Assembly: GCA_046729975.1 (NCBI GenBank) | Contig: JBKPHS010000157.1 | Location: 4,470-68,469, forward strand | Source of the DNA: Actinomycetota bacterium | GTDB taxonomy: Bacteria; Actinomycetota; Thermoleophilia; Solirubrobacterales; Thermoleophilaceae | DNA: 64,000 nt | Direction of reading: 5' to 3' | Shown: positions 17,705 through 24,630 of the stretch, one piece after another | Position numbering within the stretch: the stretch's first letter is position 1 | How the letters are laid out: every line of letters begins with the position of its first letter | Notes under the pieces: model-generated | The model's input: the letters and a program-made list of their open reading frames with translations, nothing else | The model's database searches: none | Told to the model about the DNA's origin: nothing | Position numbers and translations under genes: made by a program

Positions 17705-18291
17705 GACGCGGACGCCTCCGGGGTGGCCGTCTCGCGCCGGCTGCCTTCGCCGGCCTCGCGCCACAGCGCGGCGGCGATGCCGAAGGCGATCAGCAGGGCC
17801 GGCAGGCCGATCGCGAGCATGCGGACTGAACGGATCGCGAGGGCGCCGAACACATAGCCCGCGAACGGGACGTGGAAGGAGACGCGCGCCTGCGTGGGCT
17901 GGCGGAGCGAGAACCGCCATGGGTCGCGCGCGTCGTTGGCGTCGCCCTTGGTGCGGTAGACGGGAACCCCCTCGCGGTCGCGGCGGATCGAGACGATCCG
18001 GTGCGTCACGTACGAGTCGGAGGAGCGGCCGGGCGGGGTGAACGTGATGACGTCCCCGGGCCGCAGCTCGGAGACCGGGACCTCGTCCGCGTAGGCGATC
18101 GAGCCCTTCGCGATCGCTCCGCTCATGGAGTCGCCCGTGACGACGTAGCGCTGGTAGCCGAGCAGCGCCGGCACGAGCATGAGGGCGGCGAGGGCGAAGC
18201 AGCAGCCGAGGAAGATCGTCGAGGCGGCCTTCACCGCGCGCCGGTGGCGTGCCGGGGCGGCGGGGCTCTGGTTCGTCTGCGCTTCGGTCAT
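17701..18291 (-). CDS. ER/archaeal-type (SipW-like) S26 signal peptidase I
   Basis: 196 aa with N-terminal TM, Ser box VTGDSMSG, His box YVTHRIV, KGDAN box and a C-terminal TM. This Ser/His architecture matches SipW rather than LepB. Confidence 0.85.
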   Translation of the reverse strand: MTEAQTNQSPAAPARHRRAVKAASTIFLGCCFALAALMLVPALLGYQRYVVTGDSMSGAIAKGSIAYADEVPVSELRPGDVITFTPPGRSSDSYVTHRIVSIRRDREGVPVYRTKGDANDARDPWRFSLRQPTQARVSFHVPFAGYVFGALAIRSVRMLAIGLPALLIAFGIAAALWREAGEGSRRETATPEASAS

Positions 18292-18334
18292 CTTGGTGTC
18301 AGGTCAGGGGGGTCGTTTCGAAGGCCAGGGCGGG

Positions 18335-18366
18335 CGCGCGGGGACTTGGCTGCCCTCCCCCGCGCG
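18335..18366 (-). terminator. GC-rich stem-loop between the first TasA-like gene and the signal peptidase gene (possible partial terminator or attenuator)
   Basis: CGCGCGGGG(A) ... (T)CCCCGCGCG arms of about 9-10 bp with an ~11-nt loop in the 101-nt intergenic gap. No U-tract. Confidence 0.4.
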
Positions 18367-18392
18367 ACCACTCCAGGGCCAGTGCGATGCGA

Positions 18393-18977
18393 CTACTGGG
18401 CGGCGTCCCAGGTGTAGGTCGCCGTGACGGAGTCGCCCTGATACACGTTGCCCGCCGAGCTGTCGAGGCCGAGCGAGAACTGGTAGCGGTGCTTCTCGCT
18501 GGCGGCGAACGTCCCCAGGGCAGCCGCCGACGTGAAGTTCGACACCGTGTCGTCGTACTTCACGGAGTCGGTCACCTCACAGGCCGGCGTGCCGGCCGAG
18601 AAGTCGCCGCAGTCGACGACCTTCAGGTTCAGCTTCGCCGGGATGTCCGGGGTCGCGTCGTTGCCGACGTCCGTCGGGGTGTTGAGCGACTGCGACAGCG
18701 TGAACGTGCCGGGCAGCGAGCCCGTGTTCTGGATGTCCACCACGCCCGTCTCCGGAGTCGCCCCGGGCTTCAGGTTGGTGGTGGTCGTCAGAATCGCCGA
18801 CGCCGGATTGCTGTTGCCGATCGTCAGCGTCCCAGCGGTGTAGACGTTGCTGGGGTTCGCCGACGTGGCGCTGAAGTTGGCACCCGAGCCCACGGCAACA
18901 CCGACTGCCGCAAGCACGGCCGCCAGCGCGCCGAGCGTGCGCTTCGGCCGCTTCGTGAGATACGACAGTCGAGACAT
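18393..18977 (-). CDS. exported TasA/camelysin-like protein (194 aa), candidate major subunit
   Basis: ATG 18977 is preceded by a perfect AAGGAG 9 nt upstream. Signal peptide MSRLSYLTKRPKRTLGALAAVLAAVGVAVGSGA, then NFSATSANPSNVYTAGTLTI. Also has NLKPGATPETGVVDIQNTGSLPGTF and a C-terminal GNVYQGDSVTATYTWDAAQ, as in the camelysin/TasA (Peptidase_M73-type) family. Confidence 0.7.
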   Translation of the reverse strand: MSRLSYLTKRPKRTLGALAAVLAAVGVAVGSGANFSATSANPSNVYTAGTLTIGNSNPASAILTTTTNLKPGATPETGVVDIQNTGSLPGTFTLSQSLNTPTDVGNDATPDIPAKLNLKVVDCGDFSAGTPACEVTDSVKYDDTVSNFTSAAALGTFAASEKHRYQFSLGLDSSAGNVYQGDSVTATYTWDAAQ

Positions 18978-19101
18978 TGGTGGTAGCTCCTTGTTCGGTT
19001 TGAACTCGTCTCGCCGTCCACCCTGCGGTCGACCGCGCGGGGATGCCATAGGCCGCCCGGCCCATACTGCGTTCAAAGGAGTGAACGCCTACCTCATGCG
19101 C

Positions 19102-19122
19102 GGTACGCGCTTGGCGCGTACC
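19102..19122 (-). terminator. stem-loop 3 nt downstream of the maf stop
   Basis: GGTACGCGC-TTG-GCGCGTACC, a perfect 9-bp stem. It separates the ndk-maf unit from the TasA-like module. Confidence 0.5.
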
Positions 19123-19124
19123 CG

Positions 19125-19679
19125 CTATCCGGCGCTGAAGAGCTCCGGCGCCAAGCGCACGAGCTCCGGCACGGGCAGCCCGACCACGTTCCAGAAGTCG
19201 CCGTCGATGCCCTCGACGAAGGCGGCGCCGCGGCCCTGGATCGCGTAGCCGCCGGCCCGCTCACGCCACTCGCCCGACTCGAGGTACCAGTCGATCGCGC
19301 GCTGCTCGAGCATCCGGAAGCGCACGCGCGTGACGCACTCGGAGCTCCGCTCGCCGGTACCTCGCCTGAGCGCGATCCCGCCCCAGACCTCGTGCGTGCG
19401 GCCCGCAAGACGGCGCAGGAAGGTCTCCGCCTCGCCGCGGTCCGCGGGCTTTCCGTAGACACGGCCGTCGAGTACGACCGTGGTGTCCACGCCGAGCACC
19501 AGGTCGCCGTCGACGGCCCGCGCCTTGCGCAGCGCGTTCTCGACGACGACCGCGCGGGGGTCGCCCTGTGCGAGCTCCTCGACGTCCGGCACAACGACCG
19601 TGAAGTCGATCCCGAGCTGCTCGAGGATCGCCCGCCGCTGCGGAGATTGCGAGGCGAGGATCAGGCGCGGCTCAGCCAA
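19125..19679 (-). CDS. maf: Maf-family nucleoside triphosphate pyrophosphatase
   Basis: 184 aa, [21 protein letters not shown] ... GGYAIQG. Confidence 0.9.
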   Translation of the reverse strand: MAEPRLILASQSPQRRAILEQLGIDFTVVVPDVEELAQGDPRAVVVENALRKARAVDGDLVLGVDTTVVLDGRVYGKPADRGEAETFLRRLAGRTHEVWGGIALRRGTGERSSECVTRVRFRMLEQRAIDWYLESGEWRERAGGYAIQGRGAAFVEGIDGDFWNVVGLPVPELVRLAPELFSAG

Positions 19680-20079
19680 GCTCCGGGAAGAACAGCCCGA
19701 CCTCGCGCTCAGCGGACTCCGTCGAGTCCGACCCGTGAACCATATTCTGGCCCACCTCGAGCGCGAGGTCGCCGCGGATCGAGCCGGGTGACGCCTCGAG
19801 CGGGTCGGTGGCGCCGATCACCTGGCGCGCGGCGGTCACGGCCTCGTGGCCCTCGAGCACGAACGCGACCAGCCGGCCGCTGGTGATGAAGTCCACCAGC
19901 TCACCGAAGAACGGCTTGCCGGCGTGCTCGGCGTAGTGACGCTCGGCGAGGTCTCTGTTCATTGTCATCAGCTTCATCGCCGCGAGCTTGAGTCCCTTGC
20001 GTTCGAAACGGGCGATCACCTCGCCGGTGAGTCCGCGCGAGAAGGCATCGGGCTTTACGAGGATCAGCGTCCGCTGCAA
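19672..20079 (-). CDS. ndk: nucleoside diphosphate kinase
   Basis: 135 aa, [17 protein letters not shown] ... active-site NMVHGSDS. Confidence 0.97.
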   Translation of the reverse strand: MQRTLILVKPDAFSRGLTGEVIARFERKGLKLAAMKLMTMNRDLAERHYAEHAGKPFFGELVDFITSGRLVAFVLEGHEAVTAARQVIGATDPLEASPGSIRGDLALEVGQNMVHGSDSTESAEREVGLFFPELG

Positions 20080-20111
20080 CAGGCCTCCTTGGTCGTGGAC
20101 CTACGAATCCG

Positions 20112-20675
20112 TCAACGCGCGGGCGGGCGCGTGCGCGTCACGGGTTGCTCCGCCGCGCCTACGTCCGCGGCAGAGCGCGCCGGCCGGGCCGCGCGCGCCG
20201 GCCGGGAAGGCGCGCGCTGCGGCGCGGCCTGACCGATCTCGGCCTCGCAGTACGGGCAGATCTTCCAGCGCGGGTCGAGCGGCTTGCCGCAGGTGAGGCA
20301 CGGCTCCTTGAGGCGGCGCAGGCAGCTTGGGCAGCGCAGGAAGGCCTTCTCGACCGCAAACCCGCAGTACGGGCACTCGTGGTCGCCGATCTGCGCGAGC
20401 CTCGCCTCGGCCGCCGCGATCTCGAGCTCCCGCTCGCGCGCGTCCTCGAGGTAATCGGGCGGCCGCACGATCATGTAGACGACAGTCCCGACGAACGGGA
20501 AGAGCGAGGCGGCCGTGGCGCAGCCGACCAGCATCGGGTCGGCGATCCGGCGCTTTGCGTCGGCGTAGGTCCAGTAGACGAGCGCCAGCCAGATGACGAC
20601 GAGGAACAGCAGCAGCAGATTGACCGCCAGGTTCAGGCCGTCGCTGTCGATGCCGAACGTGGCCACGGGGCTCAT
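20112..20675 (-). CDS. membrane protein with PLD_N-like two-TM N-terminus and C-terminal double zinc ribbon
   Basis: VVIWLALVYWTYADAKRR plus a second TM, then CPYCGFAV...CPSC...CLTCGKPL...CPYCEAEI (four CxxC pairs). Confidence 0.6.
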   Translation of the reverse strand: MSPVATFGIDSDGLNLAVNLLLLFLVVIWLALVYWTYADAKRRIADPMLVGCATAASLFPFVGTVVYMIVRPPDYLEDARERELEIAAAEARLAQIGDHECPYCGFAVEKAFLRCPSCLRRLKEPCLTCGKPLDPRWKICPYCEAEIGQAAPQRAPSRPARAARPARSAADVGAAEQPVTRTRPPAR

Positions 20676-20757
20676 GGCGAGCGGAGTCTACCCGCGACCC
20701 GCGTTGTAAACGCCCGCTCGACGCTCTAGGACGCGTGTACTAGGGTCGCGCCCTGCG

Positions 20758-21666
20758 ATGACCTGGGCGCTGGCGGGAAAGAGCGTGCTCGTGACCGGCG
20801 CCGCCCGTGGAATCGGCGCGGAGTCGGCGCGCCGCCTCGCCGCCCGCGGCGCACACCTATCGCTTGTGGGGCTCGAGGCCGACCGGCTCCAGGAGGTGGC
20901 GGCGAGCTGCGGGCCCGGGGCCGTCTGGTTCGAGGCCGACGTGACCGACCGGGCGGAGCTCCAGCGCGCGGTGGACGGCACCGTCGAGGCATACGGTGGG
21001 ATCGACGTCGCGATCGCCAACGCCGGCATCGCCTCGATTGGAATGGTCCGAAGCATCGACGAGGCGGCGTTCGAGCGCACGATCGAGGTCAACCTGGTCG
21101 GCGCCTGGCGCACGATCCGCGCCTGCCTCCCCCACGTGATCGAGCGGCGCGGCTATGTCCTCGCGGTCGCCTCGATGGCGGCCGCAGTGCACGGTCCGGG
21201 CATGGCGGCCTACTCGGCGAGCAAGGCGGGCATCGAGGCCTTCAGCGACAGCCTCCGGGGAGAGGTCGGTCACCTCGGAGTGGACGTCGGCGTCGCCTAC
21301 TTCTCCTGGATCGGGACAGACATGGTCGCCGGGGCCGACGCCGATCCTGTCGGCGGTCTCATGCGCAGCCGGCTGAAGGGCCCGTTGGGGAAGACGCACC
21401 CGCTGTCTGCGGTCGGTGACGCGGTGGTCGAAGGGATTGAGAAGCGGGCGCAGCGGGTGGTGGTGCCGCGCTGGGCCAAGCTGTTGCTTGCGGCCCGCGG
21501 CGTGATCGGGCCGCTGGCGGCTCGCCGGATGCGCGACGCGGTCGCGGAGGCCGACAAGGCGATGCAGATCGAGGTCGAGCGCCGCGGGAAGCAGGCATCG
21601 GAGCCGGTCGGCGCCGGCGGCGCTGCCGATGCGCGCGCGGCCTCCGAGCGCGCTGCCGCTCCGTAG
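20758..21666 (+). CDS. short-chain dehydrogenase/reductase (SDR) family oxidoreductase
   Basis: TGAARGIGAE cofactor motif and YSASK catalytic motif. Confidence 0.85.
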   Translation: MTWALAGKSVLVTGAARGIGAESARRLAARGAHLSLVGLEADRLQEVAASCGPGAVWFEADVTDRAELQRAVDGTVEAYGGIDVAIANAGIASIGMVRSIDEAAFERTIEVNLVGAWRTIRACLPHVIERRGYVLAVASMAAAVHGPGMAAYSASKAGIEAFSDSLRGEVGHLGVDVGVAYFSWIGTDMVAGADADPVGGLMRSRLKGPLGKTHPLSAVGDAVVEGIEKRAQRVVVPRWAKLLLAARGVIGPLAARRMRDAVAEADKAMQIEVERRGKQASEPVGAGGAADARAASERAAAP

Positions 21667-21669
21667 CTC

Positions 21670-22896
21670 ATGCCACGGCTGGCGAGAGCTTCGTTGCGTC
21701 GCGAGGCCGGTCTCGAGCAGCGAACGACCACCCTCGAGCTCTTCTACGACCTCGTCTTCGTCTTCGCGGTCACGCAGGTGGCCGATCTGCTGCTCGAAAA
21801 CCTGACCTGGGAAGGAGTGGGTCAGGCCGCGCTAGTGCTGCTCGTGGTCTGGTGGTCGTGGAACTACACGACCTGGGTCACGAACGAGCTCGATCCGGGA
21901 TCGATCGTCGTCCGCCTGCTGCTGATCGCCCTGATGCTCGCCAGCCTCCTGATGGCGCTCGCGATCCCGGAGGCGTTCGGCGACAAGTCCTTGCTCTTCG
22001 CCGCCTCCTATGTCGCGATCCAGGTCGGGCGGCACTCCTTCCTCACCTTCGTCGCCGCCGATCGCGGCACGATCGAGCGGCAGCGGGCCGGGCGCATCCT
22101 GACCTGGTTCGTGGCCGCCGGCGCGCTCTGGATCGCCGGCGCTCTGGCGGAGGGCTCCACCCGGACCATGCTCTGGCTCGCCGCGCTCGCGCTCGACTAC
22201 GGCGCGCCCCTCGTCACGTACTGGGTGCCAGGCCGGCAGCGTCTCCGCCCCGAAGCGTGGGAGATAACAAGCGAGTACTTCGCCGAGCGCTTTCAGCTGT
22301 TCATCATCATCGCGCTCGGCGAGTCGATCGTGGTCACTGGCGCGACCACGGCCGACCTCGACCTGACCACGGCGAGGGTGGCCGCCTTCGGGCTCGCTTT
22401 TCTCTCCACGGCGGCGCTCTGGTGGCTCTACTTCGACCTGGTCGCGACGATGGCAGAGCGCCGGCTGGCGCAGTCCGAGACCCGCATCCTTCTCGCGCGC
22501 GACGCCTACACGTATCTGCACGTGGTGATCGTCGCCGGGATCCTCCTCATGGCGGTCGGCGACGAGCTCGTGATCGCGCACCCCACGGAGCACCTGCCGG
22601 ACGCGGAGCTCGCCGCCGTCGTCTGCGGTCCCGCGCTCTACCTGCTCGCGCACGTCGCGCTCCGGCTACGGATGTCAGGGACGATCGGCGGCAGACGACT
22701 TGTCGGCGCGGTCGCGTGCCTCGCGATCGGCGCGATCGGCACCTTCGCGCCGGCGCTCGTCGTTGCCGCGTTGCTGTTCGGCGTGCTGGTCGCGGTGATC
22801 GTCGGCGACCAAGTCGCCGCGGCTCGCCGCAGGCAACGCGGCCAGCCATCCCCGCTCGAGCGAGTCGGAGCCGCATCCTCCGCGCGCGGCGCTTGA
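21670..22896 (+). CDS. LtrA (low temperature requirement A) family membrane protein
   Basis: 408-aa polytopic protein with LtrA-type N-terminus TTLELFYDLVFVFAVTQV. Confidence 0.8.
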   Translation: MPRLARASLRREAGLEQRTTTLELFYDLVFVFAVTQVADLLLENLTWEGVGQAALVLLVVWWSWNYTTWVTNELDPGSIVVRLLLIALMLASLLMALAIPEAFGDKSLLFAASYVAIQVGRHSFLTFVAADRGTIERQRAGRILTWFVAAGALWIAGALAEGSTRTMLWLAALALDYGAPLVTYWVPGRQRLRPEAWEITSEYFAERFQLFIIIALGESIVVTGATTADLDLTTARVAAFGLAFLSTAALWWLYFDLVATMAERRLAQSETRILLARDAYTYLHVVIVAGILLMAVGDELVIAHPTEHLPDAELAAVVCGPALYLLAHVALRLRMSGTIGGRRLVGAVACLAIGAIGTFAPALVVAALLFGVLVAVIVGDQVAAARRRQRGQPSPLERVGAASSARGA

Positions 22897-22951
22897 CTTC
22901 AAGCGCACTTGAAGGTGGACCATGCCTTGACCGCGACTCGAGGAGGCAGTC

Positions 22952-23302
22952 ATGACCGAGGCACGAACCGCAAGCGAGCAGATCACCGAGGAGGTCACGT
23001 CCTGGCCCGGAGTCGAGGCCGGCCCCGGCCGGCGCGGTGAGTTCGCCTTCAAGGTCGGCCGCCGGGAGATCGGGCACCTCCACGGCGACCACGCCGCCCA
23101 CTTCTCGTTCCCGAAGGAGGTATGGACGGACCTGTTCGAGCAGGGTCGCGTGGTGCATCACCCGGTGTTCCCCGGGAGGCAGGGACCGGCATCGCGCAGG
23201 ATCGAGGACGAAGCCGACGTCCGCGACGTGATCGAGCTGATGCGACTGAACTACGACCGCGCGGTCGCCGCCCAGCATCGCCTAGAGGAACAGCCGACCT
23301 AG
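22952..23302 (+). CDS. small conserved protein, luciferase-family/DUF5519-like (tentative)
   Basis: 116 aa with WPGVEAGPGRRGEFAFKVGRREIGHLHGD. The family assignment is from memory of similar actinobacterial proteins and was not verified. Confidence 0.5.
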   Translation: MTEARTASEQITEEVTSWPGVEAGPGRRGEFAFKVGRREIGHLHGDHAAHFSFPKEVWTDLFEQGRVVHHPVFPGRQGPASRRIEDEADVRDVIELMRLNYDRAVAAQHRLEEQPT

Positions 23303-23395
23303 CGCGTAGCCGATTCCGAAGAAGACGAGGATCACCGTCGCCACCAGCAGGGCGACGAAGCCGATCATCGTCAGGAAGCCGGGACCTTCGTTCAT
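23282..23395 (-). CDS. possible 37-aa single-TM micro-protein translationally coupled to folC
   Basis: ATG overlaps the folC stop (ATGA 23392-23395). Sequence MNEGPGFLTMIGFVALLVATVILVFFGIGYALGRLFL. Its 3' end overlaps the convergent 22952-23302 gene by 21 nt. Confidence 0.35.
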   Translation of the reverse strand: MNEGPGFLTMIGFVALLVATVILVFFGIGYALGRLFL

Positions 23396-24630
23396 AGCCT
23401 CGAGGCCCGCGCGTCGGACTGGGCGCCGCGCACGAGGTCGGCTACGAGGTATATCGACCCGGTGGCGAGCACGGCGCCGGCCGGGCCCGCCAGCTCCTGC
23501 GCGCGCCGGATGGCGGCGAGCGGAGCGCCGAACCTCTCGGAGGGCGGTCCGCCCAGCTTTATCGCGAGCGACTCGAGCGTGGCCGGCGAGAGGGACCGGG
23601 GGTTGGAAGAGCGGGTGAAGACCGCACGCTCGCACAGCGGCAGCAGCACGGACAGCATTCCTGCCGCGTCCTTGTCGTCCAGGATCGCGAAGACGGCCGT
23701 CAGCGGCCGGCCGCCGATCACCTCCGGCAACGCCTCGGCGAGCGCCCTGGCGCCGGCGGGGTTGTGGGCACCGTCGTAGAGGGTGAGCGGGTCGCGGGCA
23801 ACCTCCTGGAGGCGGCCGGGGACCTCCACCTCCGCGCCCGCTTGCCGCACCGCGCTCATGTCGAGCGAACCGAGGAATGCCTGGGCCGCTGCAGCCGCGA
23901 GCGCGAAGTTCCGGCGCTGGAACGCGCCGCGAGCGCGTAGCGTCACCCCGAGGTCGACGACGGCGCGCATGATCCGCGCGTGACGCTCGCGCGCGACCCT
24001 CAGGGCGACGGCCTCGGCTTCGGAGTCGAGCTCGCCGACCACGAGACAGCCGTGAGTCGGCACGACCGCGAGCTTCTCCTCGGCGATGTGCGTGATCGTC
24101 GGCCCGAGCCACCGGGTGTGCTCGAGTCCGACGCCGGTCAGGACCTGGACCGTCGACGGGATCACGTTGGTCGCGTCGTAGCGACCGCCGAGCCCAGCCT
24201 CGATCACCGCCACCTCCACCCCCCGGCGCGCCAACTCGTGGTAGGCGGCGGCGGTTAGCGCCTCGAACTGGGTGACCTGGTCGTCCGGCTCGACCGTGCG
24301 GTTGACGAGCTCCGCAGCGCGCGCGGCGCGCGTGACCGCCGCGGCGAAGTCGGCATCGGAGACCGGCCGCTCCCCCACCTCGATGCGCTCGGCGAACGAG
24401 CGCAGATGCGGCGAGGTGTAGCTCCCGGTGCGCAGCCCGTGGCGCTCGAGGATCGCCGCGATCATCCGCACGGTCGAGGACTTGCCGTTCGTGCCGACGA
24501 CATGGATCGATTCGAAGCGCTGCTGCGGCACGCCAAGCGCGGTCATCAGCTTGTGCATGCGGTCGAGCCCGAAGCGCATGCCGAACAGCTCCAGGTCGAG
24601 CAGGTACTCCTCGGCCTGGCGCGCGTTCAG
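23392..24630 (-). CDS. folC: folylpolyglutamate synthase / dihydrofolate synthase
   Basis: Mur-ligase fold (HVVGTNGKSST). There is no ATG/GTG/TTG near the conserved N-terminal helix. The 5' end is set at CTG 24630-24628, overlapping the valS TGA. The alternative ATG 24579 (GGAG 9 nt upstream) would drop 17 conserved residues. The track start 25137 lies deep inside valS. Confidence 0.85.
   Translation of the reverse strand: MNARQAEEYLLDLELFGMRFGLDRMHKLMTALGVPQQRFESIHVVGTNGKSSTVRMIAAILERHGLRTGSYTSPHLRSFAERIEVGERPVSDADFAAAVTRAARAAELVNRTVEPDDQVTQFEALTAAAYHELARRGVEVAVIEAGLGGRYDATNVIPSTVQVLTGVGLEHTRWLGPTITHIAEEKLAVVPTHGCLVVGELDSEAEAVALRVARERHARIMRAVVDLGVTLRARGAFQRRNFALAAAAAQAFLGSLDMSAVRQAGAEVEVPGRLQEVARDPLTLYDGAHNPAGARALAEALPEVIGGRPLTAVFAILDDKDAAGMLSVLLPLCERAVFTRSSNPRSLSPATLESLAIKLGGPPSERFGAPLAAIRRAQELAGPAGAVLATGSIYLVADLVRGAQSDARASRL

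Noticed and set aside
16434-19076. Long N-terminal extensions of the three exported-protein ORFs as given in the track (to 17390, 17920 and 19076)
   Set aside because: The extensions are Arg/Pro/Gly-rich and overlap the upstream genes. Internal ATGs give classical signal peptides, ATGA overlaps or a perfect SD. The shorter versions were therefore annotated.
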